Of a stretch of 64,000 bases of DNA, positions 36,162 through 45,514 are shown piece by piece. The translations under genes and the position numbers were made by a program. The stretch is from Sinimarinibacterium sp. (GTDB lineage Bacteria > Pseudomonadota > Gammaproteobacteria > Nevskiales > Nevskiaceae): assembly GCA_041659605.1 (NCBI GenBank), contig JBAZXW010000012.1, forward strand, positions 138 to 64,137. Direction: 5' to 3'. A model generated the notes under the pieces. The model was given only the letters and a program-made list of their open reading frames with translations, was not told the DNA's origin and did not search any database. Positions within the stretch are counted from its first letter, which is position 1, and the number at the start of each line of letters is the position of its first letter.

Positions 36162-38444
36162 ATGCACCCCAGAAAATTCGCGTTCGCCCTGGCATTCCTG
36201 CTGACGATGCCGACTGCGCATGCGCTTGCCGATACACAGGCGTACCCCGCCGCAAAGCGCGGCACGGTGACGGACGACTATTTCGGCACCAAGGTCGCCG
36301 ATCCGTACCGTTGGCTCGAAGACGTCGACGCGCCGGACACCCGCGCCTGGGTCGAGGCGCAGAACGGGCTGAGCCTGCCGCTGCTGGCGCAGCTGCCGGA
36401 CCGCGAGCCGATCCGCCAGCGCCTGACCGAACTGTGGAATTACGAGCGTTACGGCGCGGTGCAGAAGGTGGCCGGGCGCTACTTCTACAGCAGGAACGAC
36501 GGCCTGCAGAACCAGTCCGTGCTCTATGTGCAGGATGGTTGGGACACTGCGCCGCGCGCGCTGCTCGACCCGAATCTGCTCGCCGCCGACGGCACCGTCG
36601 CACTGACCGACTACGAGGTTTCGCCGGATGGTCGCTGGCTGGCCTACGCGACCGCGGCCGCCGGTTCCGACTGGAACGAGTTTCGCGTGCGCGCCGTCGC
36701 CGACGGCAAGGACAACGATGACGTTCTGCGCCGCATCAAGTTTTCCAGCATCGCCTGGACAAAGGACGCGAAGGGTTTCTTCTATTCGCGTTATCCCAGT
36801 CCTGTGGGCAGTCCGGAGGGCGATGCGCCGAATGGCGCGAGCGCGGGCACCTTCGACGATCTGGCCAACCAGAAGCTCCACTACCACCGCGTTGGCACGC
36901 CGCAGAGCGACGACGTGCTGGTCTACGCGGTGCCCGAAGAACCGAAGTGGGGTTTCGTCCCGAAAGTCACCGACGACGGCCGCTATCTGATCATCACGAT
37001 CTGGCGCGGCTCGGCCAACGAGTACCGCGTCCATGTGAAGGATCTCGGCGACCCGCTCAAGCCGCGGCTCGATGCGCCGGCACTTAAGCTGGTCGACGAA
37101 TTCGCAGCCGAATATGCGCTGGCCGGCAGTGTCGGCTCGCGTCTGTATTTCCGCACCAACCTCGGCGTCGAACGCGGTCGCATCGTCGCGATTGATCTCG
37201 ACAAGCCCGCGCGCGAGCACTGGATCAGCGTCGTGCCGGAACAGGCCGACACGCTGCAGCACGCGCTGTTCGCAGGCGACGGCATCGTCGCGCTGTACAT
37301 GCACGACGCGACCTCGCGCCTGCGCCGCTACGCGCTCGACGGCAAGCCGGCGGGCGAGATCGCGCTGCCGGGCCTGGGCAGCGTGCCGGACTTGTCGCTG
37401 GGCGGCATCCAGATCAGCGGCAAGCCGGGCGCCGACGAACTGTTCTATGCATTCACCTCGTTCAGCCAGCCGGCAACCAATTACGTTTACGACCTGACAC
37501 GCGGGCAGGGGCGCGTGCTGCAGCCGCTGAAACTCAACTTCGATCCGGCCGACTACGTCACCGAGCAGGTGTTCTACCCGTCCGCGGACGGCACCAAGAT
37601 CCCGATGTTCATCACCTACCGCAAGGGTCTCAAGCGCGACAACGGCAATCCGACGCATCTCTACGGATACGGCGGTTTCAAGATCGCGCTGACGCCGACC
37701 TTTTCGGTGCCCAACCTCGTGTGGATGGAGCGCGGCGGTGTGTTCGCGCAGGCCAATCTGCGCGGCGGCGGCGAGTTCGGCCGCGCCTGGCACGAGGCCG
37801 GGACCAAGGAACGCAAGCAGAACGTGTTCGACGACTTCGCCGCGGCGGCGAAGTACCTGATCAGCAACGGCTGGACCGCGACGCGGCATCTGGCGATCAG
37901 CGGACGTTCGAACGGCGGTCTGCTGGTCGGGGCGACCCTGAACCAGCATCCGGGTCTGTTCGCTGCGGCGCTGCCGGCGGTCGGCGTGATGGACATGCTG
38001 CGCTACCACCGGTTCACCATCGGCTGGGCCTGGGCCGGCGACTACGGCACCTCGGAAACGAAGGAAGGCTTCGACTACCTGCGCAAGTACTCGCCGGTGC
38101 ACAACGTCAGGGCCGAAGAGCAGTACCCGGCGGTGCTGGTCACGACCGCCGATCACGACGACCGTGTCGTGCCGGGGCATTCGTACAAGTACACGGCTGC
38201 GCTGCAGGCGGCGCAGGCGGAGTTCCGGCGCAGCTGCAGCTCGATCAGGATCAACGAGGTCATGCGCGTGGGCCCCGGTGAACCCGATGCGGCGGATCTG
38301 GCCGCGCAACAGTGTGCCGACGAGCACCCGATCCTGATCCGCATCGACGTCAAGGCCGGCCACGGTGCCGGCAAGCCGATCGGCAAGCTGATCGAGGAAG
38401 AAGCCGACAAGCTCGCCTTCATGCGGCACTACACGGCGCGCTGA
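36162..38444 (+). CDS. Secreted prolyl oligopeptidase (S9A)
   Basis: Signal peptide; VADPYRWLE, GRSNGG (Ser), ADHDDRV (Asp), AGHGAGK (His). Confidence 0.95.
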   Translation: MHPRKFAFALAFLLTMPTAHALADTQAYPAAKRGTVTDDYFGTKVADPYRWLEDVDAPDTRAWVEAQNGLSLPLLAQLPDREPIRQRLTELWNYERYGAVQKVAGRYFYSRNDGLQNQSVLYVQDGWDTAPRALLDPNLLAADGTVALTDYEVSPDGRWLAYATAAAGSDWNEFRVRAVADGKDNDDVLRRIKFSSIAWTKDAKGFFYSRYPSPVGSPEGDAPNGASAGTFDDLANQKLHYHRVGTPQSDDVLVYAVPEEPKWGFVPKVTDDGRYLIITIWRGSANEYRVHVKDLGDPLKPRLDAPALKLVDEFAAEYALAGSVGSRLYFRTNLGVERGRIVAIDLDKPAREHWISVVPEQADTLQHALFAGDGIVALYMHDATSRLRRYALDGKPAGEIALPGLGSVPDLSLGGIQISGKPGADELFYAFTSFSQPATNYVYDLTRGQGRVLQPLKLNFDPADYVTEQVFYPSADGTKIPMFITYRKGLKRDNGNPTHLYGYGGFKIALTPTFSVPNLVWMERGGVFAQANLRGGGEFGRAWHEAGTKERKQNVFDDFAAAAKYLISNGWTATRHLAISGRSNGGLLVGATLNQHPGLFAAALPAVGVMDMLRYHRFTIGWAWAGDYGTSETKEGFDYLRKYSPVHNVRAEEQYPAVLVTTADHDDRVVPGHSYKYTAALQAAQAEFRRSCSSIRINEVMRVGPGEPDAADLAAQQCADEHPILIRIDVKAGHGAGKPIGKLIEEEADKLAFMRHYTAR

Positions 38445-38604
38445 TCGCGTTTCCCGAAGTATTTCTTATCCATAAGACGCTGCGCAGAACGGTCACCCCG
38501 GTTTCCTGAAAGGGCGTATGGTGCCTGCGGGCCGGTACGTGCCATCTCATCCATGCCGTCCGGCCTTGTGTGTTTCCTGTCGGAAAACAACAAAGGAGTC
38601 GGAC

Positions 38605-39057
38605 ATGCGAAATTTCACGAAGCTTGCGGCGTTGATTCTGGGATTTGCGTCCTTTGCCGTGCGCGCGGACCTGGAGCCGTGGAAGGACTACGACATCAGC
38701 GAGTCCGTGTGGAGTGTGACCACGGTCAGGGTCGACTCGAACATGGGCGACGCCTATCTCGAAGGCCTGCGCGAAACCTGGGTGCCGGGAAACGAGATTT
38801 CCAAGAAGCTCGGCCAGATCGAGGATTACTGGATCTACTCCAGTGACCTGCCGGACAGCGGCGACTTCAACCTCTTGCTGGTCGTCAAATTCAAGGACAC
38901 TGACGCGCTGGCGCCGAACAAGGCGCGCTACGACGCGTTCATGAAAGCCTATACCAAGGATCGCTCGGACAAGGCGACGGCGAAGGCGCAGAAGGACTAT
39001 CCGGGGATGCGCAAGCTGACCGGCAATTATCTGATGCGCGAGATCAAGTTCAAGTGA
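38605..39057 (+). CDS. Secreted hypothetical protein
   Basis: AAAGGAG RBS, signal peptide ending AVRA, host-like codon usage; no recognised domain. Confidence 0.75.
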   Translation: MRNFTKLAALILGFASFAVRADLEPWKDYDISESVWSVTTVRVDSNMGDAYLEGLRETWVPGNEISKKLGQIEDYWIYSSDLPDSGDFNLLLVVKFKDTDALAPNKARYDAFMKAYTKDRSDKATAKAQKDYPGMRKLTGNYLMREIKFK

Positions 39058-39080
39058 GCTGAACCCATCGCGGAGGTGGA

Positions 39081-39146
39081 GTAGCCCGGGTGAAACCCGG
39101 GGCAACATCGGCTGTCGCCCGAATCCCCGGGCTGCGCCCGGGCTAC
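39081..39146. repeat. GTAG-type REP doublet, family B (copy 2)
   Basis: Arms identical to 33401..33462 with a different spacer. Confidence 0.8.
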
Positions 39147-39185
39147 ACGCCGCATCCCCGCTGAGTCGGTCCGCTGGATTGGCCG
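39130..39185 (+). repeat. 56-bp direct repeat, left copy
   Basis: GGCTGCGCCCGGGCTACACGCCGCATCCCCGCTGAGTCGGTCCGCTGGATTGGCCG, identical to 41419..41474. Confidence 0.92.
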
Positions 39186-39395
39186 TAGGTACCGACGTGA
39201 TCGGTCCATGGCTGCGAACCGAAGCGGCACGGCTTCGTAGTGTCGTCCACCCCCGACAGCTCTCCCGTGGCGGTGGGGAGTAATACTCTTGGTAAACCCT
39301 CTCGTCCGTGGTGAGATACGCGTCGGTCGCTCGCGTGGGGCGCGGGCCAATCGAGCTGGTTGTTCCGGCTGAAAATTAGAGGCATTGGGGGGGCG

Positions 39396-41453
39396 ATGCG
39401 AACTGCACGGGCGATACTCGCCGCCGCGGCATACCTTGGCTTTTTCTGCAGTTGTTCGACATGGGCGCTTGAGCCTGGTGACTTTCGCGCACCAGCGCAG
39501 CAGTTCGACAGCGACTCCGGGCTGGACGTCATACGCCCGAACGTAGCGGGCTCGGCAACCGGAGACGTCGTCGTCGGCTGGGCAGAGTATCCGCGGCAGG
39601 ACTCTGGGGACTCGCCTGCTGGCTTCGTTCGCTTCTTCCGCGCCGACGGCAATCCGCGAGGTGAGCAGCAGCGTCTTTATTACGGCGCCCCCGATACGCT
39701 GTACTCGGAGACCGACGTTGGCATCGACGATTCCGGCGTCTCGACGGCGACCTGGATATCCACTTATATCGGCGGAGGCCAGCACGTCCCGACGTTGCGC
39801 TACCAACGCTTCACGCGTGACGGCGCCGCGCTGTCTCCGCCGGACAGCATCGATCTGAGGGATGCGGCCGTCAGTCCTCCGCATCTGGCCGTATCCGCTG
39901 GGGGTGACGCGATCATCGTGTGGCGGCAGACGTCCTTTTCGTCAAACATCCCGGAGATCCGAGCCTTCCGTCTCGACAAGAACGGCAACGTCGCCGGTGC
40001 GCCATTCACGATCGTCACCCTGCCCGCTGGATCGGCATATCCCTTGCCAGCAGTTGCGATGGACGCGACCGGCAACGCGGTCGTCGTCTGGCGGACGGGG
40101 AGCAACATCTATGCCCGACGCATCCGCGTGGATGGAACGACGAGCAGCATTGCGCAAGTCAACACGACCGAGGCCGACGCACGCGGCACGCCCGACGTCG
40201 GCGTGGACCGCGAAGGTGGTTTCACCGTGACGTGGATCGGTACGTCCGGTGAAAGTGTAATGCGCCGTCGCTACGGGCCGGGTGGCGGGGCGCTCGAAAC
40301 GGAAGTCGAAATCTTTGCCGGATTGTCGCTGTCCCCTTCGATCGGCACGGATGCGGATGGCGACACGGTGATTGCCTGGGGCGCCGACAGCTTCACGCGG
40401 CTTGTCGCACAGACGTTCGACGCGCAGGGTTTAGCCACAGCGCCTGCCGTAGTCGTCGCCGAGTCGGACCGCGAGGTTGTCGAACGACCGAGAGTTGCGG
40501 TCGACGGCGACGGCGATGCTGTGTTCGCCTGGCAATTCACGTTGCTTGGGGATAACGGCAGCGGAGTGCGAAACGGCTTCATTCGCAGGTCTGTCGGCCC
40601 CGAAAGTGTGGACCTTGCCGTCTCGGTCAGCGACGGACAAGCTGAAGCAGCTGCCGCCAGCGGATCGACGTACACCGTTTCGGTGCGGAACACGCACGCG
40701 GTCGCGTCGCCCGGCGTCGGCCAAGCCGATGGGGTGGTGCTCCAACTCGCTGCGCCGGCGGAACCGCAGGCCCTGTCCGGCACAGCGACCGACAGTTGGG
40801 AATGCGCGGGCACCCAGACGCTCGAATGTACCCTGGCTGAGCCCCTCGCTGCGGGCGCCGAAGCGCGCCTGACGTTGGTACTAACCCGGCCCGACGATGA
40901 TTGCCAGCAGGCTCAGACGACGGCATCGATCGCTGCTGCGCAGTTCGATGCCGGCACCGCGAACAACGCAGCGGTCGACACGACCCTGGTCGGTAAGCCC
41001 GGAACGATCGAATTCGACAGCTCCGCACTATCGGCTCGGGAAGATGTCTCGCCGTTGCAGATCGGCGTGCGCAGATCCGGCGGTTGCCTCGGCGATATTT
41101 CTGTCGCCTACGCGACCGAAGACGTTTCGACAGAGTCAGGGTTCGACTTCGTTGGCGGCGAAAGTTTCACGTTCCCCAGCGGCGAGACACAGCTCCGGTT
41201 GCCAATCGACATCGTGGACGACGCCGATGGAGAGGCCACCGAAACCTTCGACGTCGTGCTGACTTCGGCCTCGAACGGGGCCTCAGTCGGTGAGCAATCC
41301 CGAACAACCGTATCCATCATGGACGACGATGGCAGCGGCGGCGGTGCGTTCTCGTTGCATCTGCTTCTGTTCCTGGTGGGCGTCGCCCTCGTCCGACTGG
41401 ATGTTCGGACGTGCGGCTGGCTGCGCCCGGGCTACACGCCGCATCCCCGCTGA
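39396..41453 (+). CDS. Secreted multidomain surface protein: 7 propeller-like repeats, DUF11, Calx-beta, GlyGly-CTERM-like anchor
   Basis: ATG 39396 after a G-rich RBS; seven PxVxxDxxGxxxxxW repeats; VDLAVSVSD...YTVSVRN; TFPSGET...IVDDADGEATETF; GSGGGAFSLHLLLFLVGVALVR. Confidence 0.82.
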   Translation: MRTARAILAAAAYLGFFCSCSTWALEPGDFRAPAQQFDSDSGLDVIRPNVAGSATGDVVVGWAEYPRQDSGDSPAGFVRFFRADGNPRGEQQRLYYGAPDTLYSETDVGIDDSGVSTATWISTYIGGGQHVPTLRYQRFTRDGAALSPPDSIDLRDAAVSPPHLAVSAGGDAIIVWRQTSFSSNIPEIRAFRLDKNGNVAGAPFTIVTLPAGSAYPLPAVAMDATGNAVVVWRTGSNIYARRIRVDGTTSSIAQVNTTEADARGTPDVGVDREGGFTVTWIGTSGESVMRRRYGPGGGALETEVEIFAGLSLSPSIGTDADGDTVIAWGADSFTRLVAQTFDAQGLATAPAVVVAESDREVVERPRVAVDGDGDAVFAWQFTLLGDNGSGVRNGFIRRSVGPESVDLAVSVSDGQAEAAAASGSTYTVSVRNTHAVASPGVGQADGVVLQLAAPAEPQALSGTATDSWECAGTQTLECTLAEPLAAGAEARLTLVLTRPDDDCQQAQTTASIAAAQFDAGTANNAAVDTTLVGKPGTIEFDSSALSAREDVSPLQIGVRRSGGCLGDISVAYATEDVSTESGFDFVGGESFTFPSGETQLRLPIDIVDDADGEATETFDVVLTSASNGASVGEQSRTTVSIMDDDGSGGGAFSLHLLLFLVGVALVRLDVRTCGWLRPGYTPHPR

Positions 41454-41474
41454 GTCGGTCCGCTGGATTGGCCG
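41419..41474 (+). repeat. 56-bp direct repeat, right copy
   Basis: Identical to 39130..39185; supplies the stop codon of the upstream gene. Confidence 0.92.
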
Positions 41475-41509
41475 CAGCGACATCAGTAAACGACGGTTCA
41501 GCCTTGCTG

Positions 41510-41558
41510 CGTACGCTGGCGTATGGATAGAGTGATTCCGCCCATACGCCTGCGCATG
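41510..41558. promoter_or_regulatory. Two CATACGC-N2-GCGTATG-like palindromes (candidate TetR operators)
   Basis: CGTACGCTGGCGTATG (41510..41525) and CATACGCCTGCGCATG (41543..41558) just upstream of the TetR start. Confidence 0.6.
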
Positions 41559-41565
41559 TCGTTGC

Positions 41566-42180
41566 ATGAAGCCTGCTGCTCCCGCTACTGAAGCCCGCCA
41601 GAACCTGACCGTCGAGGATTGGGCGCGCGCCGCGCTCGACACGATGGCCGGCGGTGGCCTTGATGCGGTCGCGGTGGAGCCGCTGGCGCGCCAGCTCGGC
41701 GTCACCAAGGGCAGCTTCTACTGGCACTTTGCCAATCGCGAAGCGCTGCTGCGCGCGGCGCTGGAGCTGTGGGAGCGGCGCGAGACTGCGGACGTGCTTG
41801 CGCGCGTCGGCGACGAAGCCGATCCCTACGAGCGCATCGTCAAGGTCTTCAAGGAAGCCAACGCCGGATACCGCTCCGGGCGTCTGTATCTGGCGATCGC
41901 CGCCGCCGAGGACCATCCCTTGGTCAGCGAGTTTGTGCGCCGCGTGTCGGAACGGCGCATGGCCTATCTGGTCGAATGTTACGAGGCGCTCGGATTCGAC
42001 CCCGCGCGCGCGCAGCATTGGGCGCGCTTCGCCTATGCCACTTTCATGGGCAATCTGCAGATCCGCCGCGACACGCCGCAGCTGATGCCCACCGGCGCGC
42101 CGTTCAATGAATATCTGAAGTTGATGATCAAGACGCTCATTCCGCGCGACGGCTTAGAACGCCCGCCCGCGGTGAGCTGA
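41566..42180 (+). CDS. TetR/AcrR family transcriptional regulator
   Basis: AVAVEPLARQLGVTKGSFYWHF HTH. Confidence 0.93.
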   Translation: MKPAAPATEARQNLTVEDWARAALDTMAGGGLDAVAVEPLARQLGVTKGSFYWHFANREALLRAALELWERRETADVLARVGDEADPYERIVKVFKEANAGYRSGRLYLAIAAAEDHPLVSEFVRRVSERRMAYLVECYEALGFDPARAQHWARFAYATFMGNLQIRRDTPQLMPTGAPFNEYLKLMIKTLIPRDGLERPPAVS

Positions 42181-42199
42181 CTTTTTTGCGGAGAGACTC

Positions 42200-44689
42200 A
42201 TGTCCACCCTCATCCTGACCCTGATCGCCATCGCCTCTGGCTGGTGCCTGGCCTTCATCGGTGCGCCGCTGATCGCCTGGACCGCGGCCGCCGGCGCCTT
42301 GCTGTTCGGCCTCAAGGTCGCCGGCAGCATCGGCACCACCGCATTCGTCGTGGCGGGCGGCATTTACCTTGTGCTCGCGTTGCTGCTGAACCTGCGCCCG
42401 CTGCGTCGCGCGCTCTTGACCAGGCCCTTGTTCGGCGCGTTCAAGAAGGTACTGCCGGAGATGTCGTCGACCGAGCGCGAGGCGCTCGAAGCCGGCGACA
42501 CCTGGTGGGAGGCCGAGATGTTCCGCGGTCGACCCGACTGGGCCAAGCTGCTCGCGTTCAAGTACACGCCATTGACAGCGGAGGAGCAGTCCTTCCTCGA
42601 CAACGAGTGCGAGGAACTGTGCAAGCTCTGCGACGACTGGAAGATCGAGTTCGAGGACAAGGATCTGTCCCCCGAGGTCTGGGCCTACATCCGCCAGCAC
42701 AAGTTCCTCGCGATGCTGATCAAGAAGGAATACGGCGGTCTCGGCTTCTCGGCGAACGCGCAGTCGGCGGTCGTCACCAAGCTCGCGACCAAGTCGATCT
42801 CGATGGCCGTCACGGTGATGGTGCCGAACTCGCTCGGCCCCGGTGAGCTCTTGATGTACTACGGCACCGACGCGCAGAAGAAGCAGTGGCTGCCGGGCCT
42901 GGTGTCGGGCAAGGAGATTCCGTGCTTCGGCCTGACCGGGCCGGAAGTCGGCTCGGACGCGACCGCGATGCCGGACCTGGGCGTGGTCTGCTACGGCGAG
43001 CACGACGGCAACAAGGTGCTCGGCATCAAGCTGAACTTCTCGAAGCGTTACATCACCCTGGCGCCGATCGCGACGGTCGTCGGCCTCGCGTTCAAGCTGC
43101 GCGATCCGGACGGCCTGCTCGGCGACAAGTCGAAGTCGGCCAACAATGGCGAGTGGGGCATCACCTGCGCGCTGGTCCCGGCCGGGCACCCCGGCGTGCA
43201 GATCGGCCGCCGCCACTATCCGGGCGCGGCCTTCCACAACGGCACGATCCACGGCCGCGACGTGTTCATTCCGGTCGACTGGATCATCGGCGGCCCGGCG
43301 ATGGCCGGCAAAGGCTGGCGCATGCTGGTCGAGTGCCTGTCCGCGGGGCGCGGCATCTCGTTGCCGGCGCTGGCGACCGCGGCCGGCCAGACCGCGTATC
43401 GCATGATCGGCATCTACGGGCGCTTCCGCCGCCAGTTCAAGGTCGCGATCGGCAAGTTCGAGGGCGTGCAGGAAGCCACCGGCCGCATTGCCGGTTTCGG
43501 CTACACGCTCGAGGCGATGCGCATCATGACCGCGTCCGCGGTCGACCACTGCGCGCCGTCGGTGGTCACCGCGATTGCCAAGTACCACATGACCGAGCTG
43601 ATGCGGAAAGTCGTTTCCGACAGCATGGACGTGATGGCCGGCAAGGCGATCCAGCAGGGGCCGCGCAATTTCGTCGCAACGGCCTACAAGACGACGCCGG
43701 TGGCGATCACCGTCGAAGGCGCGAACATCCTCACACGCAACCTGATGATCTTCGGCCAGGGCGCAATCCGCTGCCACGAATATGTGTTCCCGGAGATGGA
43801 GGCGGCGCGCGAGAACGACCTCGTCGCCTTCGACCGGCTGCTGTTCGGGCACATCGGTTTCTCGATCAACCGCGCCGTGCGCGCGCTGACGCTCGGCCTG
43901 ACCGGCGCGCGCCTGGCGAAATCGCCGGTCGCCGGCGAACTTGCTGCCTACTTCCGCGACCTGGAGCGTTTCTCCGCCGCGCTGGCGTTCTGCTCCGACC
44001 TGACGATGGGGGTGCTCGGCGGCAAGCTCAAGTTCATGGAGCGCCTGTCGGCGCGTCTGGGCGATGCGCTGAGCCAGCTCTACATCGCGTCCTGCGTGGC
44101 CAAGTACTACCTCGAAGGCTCGAAGAGCGAGGCCGAGCTCGCGCACGCGCGCTGGGCGCTCGACCATGCCTTGAGCGAGGTCGCCAAGGCCTTCGACGAG
44201 TTCCTGCACAACTTTCCGGTGGCCTGGGCCCGCGTCGTCATGCGCGCGGTCGTGTTCCCGCTCGGCAACCACTTCCGCCCGGTATCGGATCAGGTCAATG
44301 CCCGCGTCGCCGATCTGCTGCTCGAGCAGACCGACGTGCGCGAGCGCCTGTCGTGGCTGGTGTTCAAGAACGGCGGCGCACATGATGCGGTTGGCCGCAT
44401 GGAACATGCGTGGGCGGTATCGCACGAAACCGAAGGCGCCTACCTCAAGTTCTATCGCCTGGCCGCGAACGACGAACTTGCCGGCGACACCGTCGCCGAG
44501 CGCCTGCGCGATGCGGTCACCCGCAAGCTGATGACGCGCGACGAAGCCGACCAGGCCGAGGCCTACGACAAGCTGCGCTACGACGTGATCCTCACCGACG
44601 ACTTCAGCCAGGCCTACATCGCCGGCGACTACGGCGCCGACTGCGCCGAAGTGATCGAGATGGCCACCGTGCGCGCGCGCGTCGCCTGA
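42200..44689 (+). CDS. fadE: Long-chain acyl-CoA dehydrogenase (FadE type, N-terminal TM, DUF1974-like C-terminus)
   Basis: VMVPNSLGPGELL, FGLTGPEVGSDA, ITVEGANILTR, IFGQGAIRCH. Confidence 0.9.
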   Translation: MSTLILTLIAIASGWCLAFIGAPLIAWTAAAGALLFGLKVAGSIGTTAFVVAGGIYLVLALLLNLRPLRRALLTRPLFGAFKKVLPEMSSTEREALEAGDTWWEAEMFRGRPDWAKLLAFKYTPLTAEEQSFLDNECEELCKLCDDWKIEFEDKDLSPEVWAYIRQHKFLAMLIKKEYGGLGFSANAQSAVVTKLATKSISMAVTVMVPNSLGPGELLMYYGTDAQKKQWLPGLVSGKEIPCFGLTGPEVGSDATAMPDLGVVCYGEHDGNKVLGIKLNFSKRYITLAPIATVVGLAFKLRDPDGLLGDKSKSANNGEWGITCALVPAGHPGVQIGRRHYPGAAFHNGTIHGRDVFIPVDWIIGGPAMAGKGWRMLVECLSAGRGISLPALATAAGQTAYRMIGIYGRFRRQFKVAIGKFEGVQEATGRIAGFGYTLEAMRIMTASAVDHCAPSVVTAIAKYHMTELMRKVVSDSMDVMAGKAIQQGPRNFVATAYKTTPVAITVEGANILTRNLMIFGQGAIRCHEYVFPEMEAARENDLVAFDRLLFGHIGFSINRAVRALTLGLTGARLAKSPVAGELAAYFRDLERFSAALAFCSDLTMGVLGGKLKFMERLSARLGDALSQLYIASCVAKYYLEGSKSEAELAHARWALDHALSEVAKAFDEFLHNFPVAWARVVMRAVVFPLGNHFRPVSDQVNARVADLLLEQTDVRERLSWLVFKNGGAHDAVGRMEHAWAVSHETEGAYLKFYRLAANDELAGDTVAERLRDAVTRKLMTRDEADQAEAYDKLRYDVILTDDFSQAYIAGDYGADCAEVIEMATVRARVA

Positions 44690-44766
44690 ACCGGCGCAAC
44701 GATCAGCATCAAGAGTGTGTGACCTTGGGCCGGACAGGCGATCGTCCTGCCCATTTCAGCAATTTC

Positions 44767-45264
44767 TCAGCCTGCGGACATCAGACCCGTGTCCGATTGA
44801 TCCGGAGCGGACTCGACGATCTCGAGTCGACCGGCGGAGGATTGCTCGGTGCGCCGGAGCGGATCGTCCGGGTCCGGACGCGTGACGTAGATCGACACCG
44901 TGTGCGCGGCCAGGTTGTAGACCTCGCTGACGGTTTCGCCGCTCGCGGGTTCGACGCGGTTCACGAAATACACGCCGGCGGAGACCATGCGGATCGAGAC
45001 CTGCTCGGTTCCCGAGTCGCCGCTGCGCGGGCCGCCGATGATCTTCCAGTGCGCCGAATGCTCGTCGACGAAGCGCCGCTCGACGAATTCGCCGTCCGGC
45101 ATTGCATAACGCAAGGTCAAGCCCTCGATCTGCGTGGGGCCGTCGCGGTCGACTTCGGTAAAGTAACCGCCGGATATCCGCGCGAATACCAGCGCAAGCA
45201 GTGCCAAGCCCAGAGCGGGTTTGAGCATGCGTCCCCATCGCTTCGACTTCCTTGTTCTGTTCAT
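44767..45264 (-). CDS. Exported small beta-barrel protein, MoaF N-terminal-like
   Basis: N-terminal TM; HWKIIGGP...VYFVNRVE..GETVSEVYNL resembles the MoaF/PAD-like fold. Confidence 0.5.
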   Translation of the reverse strand: MNRTRKSKRWGRMLKPALGLALLALVFARISGGYFTEVDRDGPTQIEGLTLRYAMPDGEFVERRFVDEHSAHWKIIGGPRSGDSGTEQVSIRMVSAGVYFVNRVEPASGETVSEVYNLAAHTVSIYVTRPDPDDPLRRTEQSSAGRLEIVESAPDQSDTGLMSAG

Positions 45265-45514
45265 CCTCGCCCCCGTGGTGGCACGTGCGTCAATGACCGT
45301 CTCATCCGTGAATCGGTTCCATAAGAGCCGGAGACTTGCATACGGGCGCTGAACAAGCGCTGACCATCCGGCCTACGGCGCGAGGCTCAACCGAGGTAGA
45401 AGACATAGCCCGCCAGCAGCGCGTCGATGTCCCCTTTTGCCGGGCGTCTATCCTCACGATCTGCCCGTTTTTCACCACTACTCGGCCCGGTGGGGGTGTG
45501 CGATATTGACCCGC

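Noticed and set aside
36114-38429. 771-aa minus-strand ORF
   Set aside because: Antisense to the prolyl oligopeptidase
42137-44425. 762-aa minus-strand ORF
   Set aside because: Antisense to fadE
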